NCBI GenBank assembly: GCA_023512475.1
Contig: JAILZL010000003.1
Span: 54,845 to 118,844, forward strand
Length of the DNA: 64,000 nucleotides
Direction of reading: 5' to 3'
From: Syntrophobacterales bacterium
GTDB lineage: Bacteria > Desulfobacterota > Desulfobaccia > Desulfobaccales > 0-14-0-80-60-11
Both the position numbers and the translations under genes were made by a program. Under the pieces are notes generated by a model. It searched no databases. It was not told the origin of the DNA and worked only from the letters and a program-made list of their open reading frames with translations. Shown here one piece after another: positions 9,354-18,265 of this stretch (position 1 is its first letter; every line of letters begins with the position of its first letter).

Positions 9354-10445
9354 TTAAGGGGCGATGGAACCCAACAAATCCAGACAGTCCGTAACGATCT
9401 CCTGTGCCGCCTCGGGCTTGGCCAGGGACCGGCTGGCGGCTTCCATGGCGGCCAGCCTCCCGGGGTCTTCCAGGAACTGCCCTATCTTATCAGCAAAGAC
9501 CGCGGCGGTAAAATCTTTATTCACCACCACCTGAGCGGCCCCGGCGGCCTCCAGATAGCGGGCGTTGGCCTCCTGGTGGTTGCCCGCGGCGAAGGGGTAG
9601 GGGATCAGGACCGCCGCCCGGCCCAGGGCCATGAGCTCCGCCAGGGTGGAGGCCCCGGCGCGGCAGACCACCAGATGCGCCCGGCCCATGAGGGCGGCCA
9701 CCTCCGGGGAGAAGGGGGCCACCTCCGCCGCAAAGCCCGCCTCCCGGTAGCCCGCCGCCACCGCCTCATAGTCCGCCGGGCCGGTCAGATGCAGGAAACG
9801 CAGCTCCTCCCTATGGGGCGCCAGCAGGGGCAGGGCGGCCAGGACCTGGAAATTGAGATGGCGGGCCCCCTGGCTGCCGCCCATGATGAGCACGGTGAAG
9901 GGCCGCGGCGGCCGGGGCGGAGGGGGCTGGAAAAACTCCTCCCGGATGGGGTTGCCGGTCCAGCGGCACTTGTCCGCCGGCAGCCCCCGGGGGTCGGGGA
10001 AGGAAAGGAAGATGCGCCGGGCAAAGCGGGCCAGCCGCCGGTTGGTGAGCCCGGGGACGGCATTCTGCTCGTGCAGGGCCAGGGGGAGGTGGAGACTGCG
10101 GGCGGCCAGGCCCACCGGCGCGGCGGCATACCCTCCCATGCCCAGGACCAGATGCGGCGCCAGCTCCTTCAGGCGCCGCCGGGCCGCCAGGATGTTGCCC
10201 GGCAGGCTCAGCAGGGTGCGGAGCCGGGCCCCCAAGCCCATACCCACCAGGGCCCGGCTGGCCACCGGCTCCCAGGGGAGGCCGTAGCGGCTGAGGAGCT
10301 CCCCCGTCCCCGGCTTGGGGGTGGTGAGGAAGGTGACCCGAAGGCCGCGGCGCAGGAATTCCCGGGCCACGGCGATGCCCGGAAAGAGGTGGCCGCCGGT
10401 GCCGCCGGCCACAATGACCACGTGGAGTTCAGCTACGGGGCACAC
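9354..10445 (-). CDS. murG: Lipid I GlcNAc transferase MurG
   Basis: AGGTGGHLFPG, HEQNAVPG, GGSQGA, RAGASTLAE, HQEANA. GTG start chosen after a GGAGG site. Confidence 0.97.
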   Translation of the reverse strand: MCPVAELHVVIVAGGTGGHLFPGIAVAREFLRRGLRVTFLTTPKPGTGELLSRYGLPWEPVASRALVGMGLGARLRTLLSLPGNILAARRRLKELAPHLVLGMGGYAAAPVGLAARSLHLPLALHEQNAVPGLTNRRLARFARRIFLSFPDPRGLPADKCRWTGNPIREEFFQPPPPRPPRPFTVLIMGGSQGARHLNFQVLAALPLLAPHREELRFLHLTGPADYEAVAAGYREAGFAAEVAPFSPEVAALMGRAHLVVCRAGASTLAELMALGRAAVLIPYPFAAGNHQEANARYLEAAGAAQVVVNKDFTAAVFADKIGQFLEDPGRLAAMEAASRSLAKPEAAQEIVTDCLDLLGSIAP

Positions 10446-10599
10446 CCGGGCCTCCCGTAAGGATCGCACAGCGGGTGGTGGTGGATCCCGGGCAAAAGGG
10501 ATCCGGTGCAGGATTCGAGGTGAGGCCGCTCTGGCGGGGCCCTTTCCCCCGCCCCTCCCCCTCAGGCACTCCGGCAGATCTCCCGGGAGTCGTCCTCCC

Positions 10600-10760
10600 T
10601 TAACAGGCGGTGGAAAAAATCTTCCCCGGAGTTTGGTGGGATGAGGCTGGCCGGTTTAACCAGTCTGGCGAAGCCAAATCCCATTTGTGGGGTTGGGGAG
10701 GGGAGGGGTCCGTGACCCCTGGCCCCCTTCCCCGCCTCACCGTTTCCAACCACCTGTTAA
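10600..10760. mobile_element. MITE-like non-autonomous element (161 bp including flanking TTAA)
   Basis: Imperfect terminal inverted repeats: TTAACAGGCGGTGGAAA (10600-10616) and the reverse complement of 10743-10760, TTAACAGGTGGTTGGAAA. No coding capacity for a transposase. Confidence 0.6.
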
Positions 10761-10800
10761 AGCCCGCTCCCGGGCCTCCGGCCGGAGTGGCGGCAACCCC

Positions 10801-10829
10801 AGTATACCAGAGAAAGAGCGGAAGGGAAA
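10801..10829 (-). promoter_or_regulatory. Putative internal sigma-70 promoter upstream of murG
   Basis: Extended -10 TGG-TATACT (10809-10801) with a weak -35 TTTCCC 17 bp upstream. Confidence 0.4.
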
Positions 10830-10875
10830 GCGCCGGCGGCCTGAAGGCAAAGCAGAGCCGCCCCAGCCCGGGGCC

Positions 10876-11169
10876 TCAGCCCGGTCCCCAGGGCTCGGCA
10901 GGGAAAGGAGAGGGACAGGGCTCCTCCTCCCGGTCCGGACCCGGGGCGGGAGGGGCAGGGGACCACATCCGGGCCTGAAGGCGCTGGGCCAGAACCTGGC
11001 AGGAGGACAGCACCCGGGGGGATTTTTCCCGGTCATAGAAACAGAGCAGGCCGTCGTGGCGGCCGGATTCCGCCGCCAGGAAGTCGAACCAGCGCCGGCG
11101 TTCCGCCTCCCCGGCCGGCTGCGAGGGCACCCTCGGGCCCTCCCACTCTTTGAGCTTCGGCTGTGCCAT
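10876..11169 (-). CDS. Small hypothetical protein (97 aa) inside the dcw cluster
   Basis: GGAGG directly before ATG 11169; G/C-ending codons dominate; MAQPKLKEWEG...WFDFLAAESGRHDGLLCFYD. Confidence 0.55.
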   Translation of the reverse strand: MAQPKLKEWEGPRVPSQPAGEAERRRWFDFLAAESGRHDGLLCFYDREKSPRVLSSCQVLAQRLQARMWSPAPPAPGPDREEEPCPSPFPAEPWGPG

Positions 11170-11431
11170 CCTCCGCCCCCTCACAGGGCGCCCCCCGGGG
11201 TCCGGCCGGCCGGGAGGGTTCCTCAGCCCCGGCGTCAGATAATCACCGAGTCAATGATCAGGAAAAACCTGAGGTCAGTTTGGACAGTTGTGGAGATATT
11301 GTTAAGAACAATTTACCTTACGCCTGAGGATGACAGGTGTGGGGTGAGGCCCCACCGGCGGCCGGCGGGGCCCTCAGAAACGGCCCCCGGGGCCGGTTTC
11401 CGGCCGGCCGGGAGCCTGGTTGCCCCTGCCT

Positions 11432-12613
11432 TCAGGTCAGGCGCTCCCCGGACGCCGCCACCGGCGCGGGAGTGGCCGTCAGGCGACCGACTGCGGCCGC
11501 GGGCTGCTTCACCTGGCCGCTGATGTTGAGGAGGATGCCCACCGCCAGGAGATTGGTGAGGAGGTTGGAGCCGCCGTAGCTGAGAAAGGGCAGGGAAAGG
11601 CCTTTGGTGGGGAGAATGCCGGTGACCACCCCCATGTTGATGGCGGCCTGGAGGGTGATGATCAGGGTGAGCCCCAGGGCCAGATAGGAGCCGAAGGCGT
11701 CCGGGGCCCTCAGGCTCAGGCGCAGACCCCGGACCGCCACCAGGGTGAAGAGGGCCAGCAGCAGCACCACCCCCACCAGGCCCCATTCCTCGCTGTAAAT
11801 GGCCAGGATGAAGTCGGTGTGGGCGTCCGGGAGGTAAAAGAGCTTGGCCCGGCTTTGGCCCGGCCCCACCCCGAGGAGCCCGCCGGAACCGATGGCCAGC
11901 AGGGACTGTTTGAGCTGGTAGCCCACATCCTGGCCATGTTTCCAGGGGTCCAAAAAGGAGAGGATGCGGGCGAACTTTTTGGGATCCCGGAGCACCGCCA
12001 GGGTCCCCAGCACCAGACCGGCCAGGCTGGCGAAAAAGATATACGTCACCCGGGTGCCGCCCACCAGCAGCATGGTGAGGGTGATGAGGGCCAGGGTCAC
12101 CGCGGTGCCGAAGTCCGGCTCCTTGAAAATGAGGGCGATGAACACCCCCGCCACCAGCATGTGGGGGAGAAAGCCGATGGCGAAGTACTTCATCTTTTCC
12201 TGTTTGCGGGCCAGGGAGTAGGCCAGAAAAATCACCATGGCCAGCTTGGCGAACTCCGAGGGTTGCAGGGTCAGGGGGCCCAGTTTCAGCCAGCGGGCCG
12301 CGCCCCTTACTTTGGCCCCGATCCCCGGCACAAAAACGAGGATGAGGCTGATGAGGGAGAGGAGGAGGATGGGATACACCAGGGGCTTCCACCTTTGGTA
12401 GGGAATGCGGCTGGCGCCATAGAGGAGCACCAGTCCCCCCATGGCATACAGGAGCTGGCGCTTGACGAAGTAGTAGGGGTCCTGGAACTGCGCCATGGCC
12501 ATGACGGTGCTGGAGGTGAAAACGGTGGTGAGCCCCAGAAGTACCAGCCCCAGGGTGGCGTAGAGCAGAAGATGGTCCTGCGGGCCGCGGGTGGCATCAG
12601 GTTTTCCGGCCAT
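11432..12613 (-). CDS. ftsW: Peptidoglycan glycosyltransferase FtsW (SEDS family)
   Basis: GAARW, QPSEFAK, EPDFG, PDAHTDFI, LPFLSYGGS. Confidence 0.97.
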   Translation of the reverse strand: MAGKPDATRGPQDHLLLYATLGLVLLGLTTVFTSSTVMAMAQFQDPYYFVKRQLLYAMGGLVLLYGASRIPYQRWKPLVYPILLLSLISLILVFVPGIGAKVRGAARWLKLGPLTLQPSEFAKLAMVIFLAYSLARKQEKMKYFAIGFLPHMLVAGVFIALIFKEPDFGTAVTLALITLTMLLVGGTRVTYIFFASLAGLVLGTLAVLRDPKKFARILSFLDPWKHGQDVGYQLKQSLLAIGSGGLLGVGPGQSRAKLFYLPDAHTDFILAIYSEEWGLVGVVLLLALFTLVAVRGLRLSLRAPDAFGSYLALGLTLIITLQAAINMGVVTGILPTKGLSLPFLSYGGSNLLTNLLAVGILLNISGQVKQPAAAVGRLTATPAPVAASGERLT

Positions 12614-13958
12614 AGGCCTCCTCCCGCACCAGGCGTTGAAAGGTGTCGCCCCGGTGGGCGTAATCCCGGAACATGTCGAAGCTGGCGCAGGCCGGGGACA
12701 GCAGCACCACCTCCCCGGGGCGGGCCAGCCGGCGGCAGGTGCGCACCGCCTCAGCCATATCCGCCACCAGGTGGATGGGCGCCAGCCCCTGCCAGGCCTG
12801 GGCCAGGCGTTCCTTGCTCTCCCCCAAAAGCACCAGGTGCCGCACCCGGCCTTTCAGGATCGGGGCCAGAAGGGAGAAGTCGCTGTCCTTGTCCCGGCCA
12901 CCGGCGATGAGGAGCACCGGCCGGGAGAACCCCTCCAGGGCCCGCATCACCGCCCCCACATTGGTGCCCTTGGAATCGTCGTAATAGTCCACCCCGTCGA
13001 TGGTGGCCACATACTGCAGGCGATGGGGCAGGCCGGCGAAGCGGGCCAGCACCTCCCGGCAGGCCTCCGGCGCCACCCCGGCGTCCAGGGCCAAAAGCAG
13101 GGCCGCCATGATGTTTTCCAGATTGTGCCGGCCCTGCAGGCGGATTTCCTGGACCGGAAAGGCGGCTTCGGGGCCTTCGGGCAGGCGCACCCTTATAAGC
13201 TCGCCCTCCACCCAGGCCCCCCACGGCAGGGGCTCCCGGGCGGAAAAGAAGAGCACCCGGGCCGGCCCCGCCGCCAGGGCCCGCACGGCCGGATCATCAT
13301 GGTTGAGAACCCTGAGGTCGGCGGCGCCCTGGTGCCGGAAGAGGCCGGCCTTGGAGGCCACATACGCGGCGAAGTCCGGATAGCGGTCCAGATGATCCGG
13401 GGAGATGTTGAGGAGGGCCGCCCGGTGGGCATGAAACCCCGGGGCGGTGTCCAGCTGAAAGCTGGAAACCTCCAGCACCACCACGTCATGCCCGGACTGC
13501 TCCTCCACCAGGGAGATGAGGGGGATGCCGATGTTGCCCCCCACCAGGGGTCGCAGGCCTCCGGCCCGGAGGAGTTCAGCGGTGAGGGTGGTGGTGGTGG
13601 TCTTCCCGTTGGTGCCGGAGATGGCGATGAGGGGCAGGGTGAGGAAGGGGCGGGCCAGCTCCAGCTCCCCCCACACCGGGATGCCCTGACGCCGGGCCGC
13701 CTCCAGCCAGGGCAGCTCCGGGGGCACGCCCGGACTCAGGAGGATCAGGTGATAATCCCACACCCCGGAGGGCTGGGGCACCCCCAGCTCCAGGTCCACC
13801 GGCAGCCCGGACAGGGCCTCCCGGGCCTCCGCCAGTTTCTCCGGCGGGGCCGCGTCGGTGACCGTCACCTGGGCCCCCCGTGCAGCCAGGAAGCGGGCCA
13901 GGGCCACGCCCGTGCGGGCCAGCCCCACCACCAGAATGCGGGCCCCCGTGACCTCCAT
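12597..13958 (-). CDS. murD: UDP-MurNAc-L-Ala--D-glutamate ligase
   Basis: GTNGKTTTT, GGNIG, LEVSSFQL, DDSKGTN, LSPACASFDMF. Confidence 0.98.
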   Translation of the reverse strand: MEVTGARILVVGLARTGVALARFLAARGAQVTVTDAAPPEKLAEAREALSGLPVDLELGVPQPSGVWDYHLILLSPGVPPELPWLEAARRQGIPVWGELELARPFLTLPLIAISGTNGKTTTTTLTAELLRAGGLRPLVGGNIGIPLISLVEEQSGHDVVVLEVSSFQLDTAPGFHAHRAALLNISPDHLDRYPDFAAYVASKAGLFRHQGAADLRVLNHDDPAVRALAAGPARVLFFSAREPLPWGAWVEGELIRVRLPEGPEAAFPVQEIRLQGRHNLENIMAALLLALDAGVAPEACREVLARFAGLPHRLQYVATIDGVDYYDDSKGTNVGAVMRALEGFSRPVLLIAGGRDKDSDFSLLAPILKGRVRHLVLLGESKERLAQAWQGLAPIHLVADMAEAVRTCRRLARPGEVVLLSPACASFDMFRDYAHRGDTFQRLVREEAYGRKT

Positions 13959-13960
13959 GC

Positions 13961-15040
13961 TCACCTCAGCTTCAGGGCGCTTAAGGAGAGCAGGCCCAAC
14001 ACCAGGGAGATGATCCAGAAGCGCACAATCACCTTGGGCTCCGGCCAGCCCTTCAGTTCAAAGTGGTGATGGATGGGGGCCATGCGGAAGATGCGCCTGC
14101 CGTTGGTCACCTTGAAGAAGCAGACCTGCATGATGACGCTCAGGGCCTCCACCACAAAGAGGCCGCCCACCACCATCAGGAGGATCTCCTGCTTGACGGC
14201 GATGGCCGCGGTGCCCAGGATGCCCCCCAGGGCCAGGGCCCCCACATCGCCCATGAAGACCTGGGCCGGATAGGCGTTGAACCAGAGAAAGCCGATGCCG
14301 GCCCCCACCAGGGCCGCCAGGAAGATGGAGAGCTCCCCCACCCCCCGGACAAAGGGGATCTGCAGGTAAGCGGCGATGCGGGCGTTGCCCGCCAGATAGG
14401 CGAAGATGAGGTAAAAGGCGGCGGCGATGGTCACCGGCCCGATGGCCAGGCCGTCCAGGCCATCGGTGAGGTTCACCGCGTTGGCCGTGCCCACGATGAT
14501 GAACACCGCCACCGGCAGGAAGGCCAGACCCAGGTTGGGGTTGAGGTCCTTGAAGAAGGGCACGGTGAGGGTGGTCTCAAAATCCGGGTACAGATAAAGG
14601 GCCAGGGCCACCAGGGTGGCCACCACCGACTGCCAGAAGAGCTTGGCCTTGCCGGACAGCCCCCGGTTGTGTTTCTTGATGACCTTGAGGTAGTCGTCCC
14701 AGAAGCCGATGGCGCCAAACCCCAGGCTCACCCCGATGAGCAGCCAGATGTAGAAATTGGTGAGATCGGCCCACAGGAGCGTGGTGACCACCATGGAGAA
14801 GAGAATCATCAGGCCGCCCATGGTGGGGGTGCCGGCCTTCTGATGATGGGACTGGGGGCCGTCCTCCCGGATATACTGCCCGAAACTCAGCTCCTTGAGC
14901 TTGCGGATCACCCAGGGCCCGATAATCAGGCAGATGAACAGGGCCGTGAGCACCGCGAAGATGCTCCGGAAGGTGAGGTAGCGGAAGACGTTGAAGCCTC
15001 CGAAGACCGTCTTTAAGGGATAGAGCAGATGATAGAGCAT
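13961..15040 (-). CDS. mraY: Phospho-N-acetylmuramoyl-pentapeptide transferase
   Basis: [36 protein letters not shown]. Confidence 0.99.
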   Translation of the reverse strand: MLYHLLYPLKTVFGGFNVFRYLTFRSIFAVLTALFICLIIGPWVIRKLKELSFGQYIREDGPQSHHQKAGTPTMGGLMILFSMVVTTLLWADLTNFYIWLLIGVSLGFGAIGFWDDYLKVIKKHNRGLSGKAKLFWQSVVATLVALALYLYPDFETTLTVPFFKDLNPNLGLAFLPVAVFIIVGTANAVNLTDGLDGLAIGPVTIAAAFYLIFAYLAGNARIAAYLQIPFVRGVGELSIFLAALVGAGIGFLWFNAYPAQVFMGDVGALALGGILGTAAIAVKQEILLMVVGGLFVVEALSVIMQVCFFKVTNGRRIFRMAPIHHHFELKGWPEPKVIVRFWIISLVLGLLSLSALKLR

Positions 15041-15088
15041 GGTCAGCCCGGATGTTCTTGAGACCTCATGTCGTGGGTGTCGGAGGGC

Positions 15089-16492
15089 TTAAGGGGCGGC
15101 CAGGCCCGCCACCACCGCCTCCATGTGCATGGAACGGGAGCCCTTCACCAGGAGCCAGTCCCCCGGCTGCAGGAATTCCTGCAGCACCCGGACGGCCTGG
15201 GATTTGTCGGCCACCGGCCGCACCGCCGCCGCAGGGAGGCCTGCCTCCCGGGCGCCGGCGGCCACTTCCTCCCGGAAGGCGCCCACCACCGTCAGGAACT
15301 CTACCCCGGCGGCCGCGGCCCGGCGTCCCAGCTCCCGGTGGGCGGCCCGGCTCAAGCTCCCCAGCTCCAGCATGTCCCCCAGGGCGGCGGCGGCCCGGCC
15401 CCGGCCCTTCAGTTCGGCCAACAGCTCCAGGGCGGCGGCCATGGAGCCGGGATTGGCATTGTAACAGTCGTTGAGGAGATGCACCCCGGAGGGCAGGGTG
15501 AGGACTTGCGACCGCCGGTGAATGGCCGTGAAACCCGCCAGGGCGGCGCTGGCCTCGTCCGGGTTTAAGCCCAGGGCCAGTCCCACCCCCAGGGCCGCCA
15601 GGGCGTTCATGGCCATATGGCGCCCGGGGACGGCGAGGGTGAGGGTGAAGGTGCGGCCCTCCCAGGCAATCAGAGCGCTCTGGCCCCCGCTTCCTCGGGG
15701 GGTGCGGCGCAGCAGCCGCAGCCGGGCGGCGGGGGAGGCCCCGAAACCCAGCCGGGGGCCGGGATAATGGGCCGCCCGGGCCGCCACCCGGCAGTCGTCG
15801 GCATTATACACGAGCAGGGCTCCGGAAGGCAGCGCCCCCAGGATCTCGGCCTTGGCCCCGGTCACCCCCTCCAGGCAGCCCACCCCCTCGGTGTGGGCCG
15901 GGTGGACATTGAGCCACACCCCCACGCTGGGCCGGGAAATCTCCGTCAGGCGCCGGATCTCCCCGAAGCGGTTCATGCCCATCTCCACCACCGCGGCCTC
16001 GTAGGCGCCGTCCAGCCGCAGCAGGGTCTGGGGCAGGCCGATGAGATTGTTGAGGTTGAGGTCATTTTTCAGCACCCGGAAGCGCCCCGCCAGCACCCGG
16101 GCGGTCATCTCCTTGGCGGTGGTCTTGCCGCAACTGCCGGTGATGCCCACCACCGGGCCGGAGAAACGCCGCCGCCAGGCACCGGCCAGGTCTCCCAAGG
16201 CGCGCAGGGTGTCCGGTACGGCGATGACGGTGAGGTCCGGGGGCAGGGAGCGCGCCGCCGGGGAGCGCACCCAGGACTCCGCCACCAGGACCGCCCCCGC
16301 GCCCCTCCGCAGGGCCTGGGGGATGTAGGCGTGGCCGTCGTGGCGCTCCCCTTTCAGCGGGATGAACAGGTTGCCCGCCTGGCAGGTGCGGGAATCGGTG
16401 GACACCCCGGCCCAGACGCGCCGGAGGTCCCCCTGAAGGAGGCGTCCCCCGGTGGCGGCCACAATCTCCGCGGTGGTAAAGACGGCGGTCAT
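15089..16492 (-). CDS. murF: UDP-MurNAc-tripeptide--D-Ala-D-Ala ligase
   Basis: GITGSCGKTTAKE, NDCYNANPGSM, LGDMLELG, KGSR. Confidence 0.97.
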   Translation of the reverse strand: MTAVFTTAEIVAATGGRLLQGDLRRVWAGVSTDSRTCQAGNLFIPLKGERHDGHAYIPQALRRGAGAVLVAESWVRSPAARSLPPDLTVIAVPDTLRALGDLAGAWRRRFSGPVVGITGSCGKTTAKEMTARVLAGRFRVLKNDLNLNNLIGLPQTLLRLDGAYEAAVVEMGMNRFGEIRRLTEISRPSVGVWLNVHPAHTEGVGCLEGVTGAKAEILGALPSGALLVYNADDCRVAARAAHYPGPRLGFGASPAARLRLLRRTPRGSGGQSALIAWEGRTFTLTLAVPGRHMAMNALAALGVGLALGLNPDEASAALAGFTAIHRRSQVLTLPSGVHLLNDCYNANPGSMAAALELLAELKGRGRAAAALGDMLELGSLSRAAHRELGRRAAAAGVEFLTVVGAFREEVAAGAREAGLPAAAVRPVADKSQAVRVLQEFLQPGDWLLVKGSRSMHMEAVVAGLAAP

Positions 16493-16589
16493 GGGACGAG
16501 AATCCTCAGCCGGTAGTCCATAAAGATGTCAGGTCAGGGGCAGACCGGCCTGCGGCCGGGTGTGCGGGCCCTCCTTAAAGGGCCGGTTC

Positions 16590-18128
16590 TCAGTCCGGCT
16601 CCCAGCCTTTCTCCCGGAGGGCCTGCCGCACCTCCTCCCGGTCGTCAAAGGGGAGCTTCCGGGTGCCCCAGATCTGGTAGTCCTCATGGCCCTTGCCGGC
16701 CACCAGCACCGCCTCTCCCGGTGCCGCCAGCCGCACCGCCAGCCGGATGGCCTCCCGGCGGTCCGGCACCACCAGATACCCGGGCTCCCCCCGCCGGATG
16801 GCGGCCAGCCCCACCGGCCGCAACCCCGCCTCGGCCAGCCCCGCCTCAATGTCCGCAATGATACCCAGGGGGTCCTCGGTGCGGGGATTGTCGGTGGTGA
16901 CGATCACCAGGCGGCTGCCCTCGGCGGCGGCCTGGCCCATGAGCGGCCGCTTGCTCCGGTCCCGGTCGCCGCCGCAGCCGAACACGGTGGTGAGGCGGGA
17001 AAACCCCAGGGTCCGGAGGGCCGCCAGCACCGAGGCCAGGGCGTCGGGGGTGTGGGCGTAGTCCACAAAGACGTGGGGGCCTTCCGGCGGCCCGAAGCGC
17101 TCCAGGCGGCCGGGCACCCCCCGCAGGTCCGCCACCCCGGCGGCGACGGCTTCCGGAGCCACCCCCAGCCCCAGGGCGGCGGCGGCGGCGGCCAGGATAT
17201 TGGCCAGATTGAAGGGGCCCACCAGCCGGGAGCGGAGGTGCAGCTCCCCCCAGGGGGTGGTGAGGCGGGCCGTGAGGCCATCCTGACGGAACTCGGTCCA
17301 CACCGGCCTCACCTGGGCCTCGAAGTGGCGCCCGAAGGTGAGGACCGGTCCGGGCACCCGGGCCCACAGGCGGCGCACCCAGGGGTCATCCACATGCAGC
17401 ACCGCCAGCCCCCGGGGGCCGCCGTCCCCTAAAATCTCCAGAAACAACCGGGATTTGGCCTGGAAGTAGGTCTCCAGATCCCGGTGGTAATCCAGGTGGT
17501 CCTGGGAAAGGTTGGTGAAGATGGCGGCGTCAAAGGCCACCCGGTCCACCCGCTTCAGGTCCAGGGCGTGGGAGGAGACCTCCATGACCGCATGGGTGGC
17601 CCCGGCCTGGCGCATCTCCCGGAGATAACGATTGAGATCCAGGCTCTCGGGGGTGGTGACCGGCGCCGGCCAGCGCCGCTCCCCCAGGCGGTAATTCACC
17701 GTGCCCAGGACCCCCACCCGGTGGCCGGCCGCGGTGAGGACGGCCTCCAAAAGATAGGCGGTGGTGGTCTTGCCGTTGGTGCCGGTGATGCCGATGAGAG
17801 TGAGCTCCCGGCTGGGGTGGCCGAAGAAGGCGGCGCTCAGGTGCGCCAAGGCCAGCCGGGGGTCGGGCACCTGCACCAGGGTGACCCCCTCCGGCAGGGG
17901 GAGGTCCCGGTCGCTCACCACGATGCGGGCCCCCTGCTCCAGGGCCGCGGGCACGTAGAGCAGGCCGTCGGTGGTGAGGCCCCGCAGGGCCACAAACACC
18001 CCGCCGGGCACCACCTCCCGGGAATGGTAGGCGATCCCCGGGACCGGCACGGAGTCGTCCCCCACGACCCGGCAGCCCTCCAGGCCTTCCAGGAGGCCTC
18101 GCAGCGTGGGGAATCGGGCGGGGAGCAT
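16590..18128 (-). CDS. murE: UDP-MurNAc-dipeptide--diaminopimelate ligase
   Basis: GTNGKTT, TTPES, MEVSSH, VDYAHTPDA, DNPR (meso-DAP type), AGKGHE. Alternative start at 18164. Confidence 0.97.
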   Translation of the reverse strand: MLPARFPTLRGLLEGLEGCRVVGDDSVPVPGIAYHSREVVPGGVFVALRGLTTDGLLYVPAALEQGARIVVSDRDLPLPEGVTLVQVPDPRLALAHLSAAFFGHPSRELTLIGITGTNGKTTTAYLLEAVLTAAGHRVGVLGTVNYRLGERRWPAPVTTPESLDLNRYLREMRQAGATHAVMEVSSHALDLKRVDRVAFDAAIFTNLSQDHLDYHRDLETYFQAKSRLFLEILGDGGPRGLAVLHVDDPWVRRLWARVPGPVLTFGRHFEAQVRPVWTEFRQDGLTARLTTPWGELHLRSRLVGPFNLANILAAAAAALGLGVAPEAVAAGVADLRGVPGRLERFGPPEGPHVFVDYAHTPDALASVLAALRTLGFSRLTTVFGCGGDRDRSKRPLMGQAAAEGSRLVIVTTDNPRTEDPLGIIADIEAGLAEAGLRPVGLAAIRRGEPGYLVVPDRREAIRLAVRLAAPGEAVLVAGKGHEDYQIWGTRKLPFDDREEVRQALREKGWEPD

Positions 18129-18216
18129 GGCAACCTCAGGCAGCGGGCGAGACCGGTATGACATGTCAGAATGACGGGAGAGGCGGTCCGGACTGACTCT
18201 TGCGGTCCGCGCTCAC

Positions 18217-18245
18217 ATCCTATCCAAACTCGGCCGGCTTGACAA
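18217..18245 (-). promoter_or_regulatory. Putative internal sigma-70 promoter upstream of murE
   Basis: TTGTCA-17 bp-TAGGAT in the ftsI-murE spacer. Confidence 0.5.
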
Positions 18246-18265
18246 CCTCCCCCCGAGGCCGCAGT

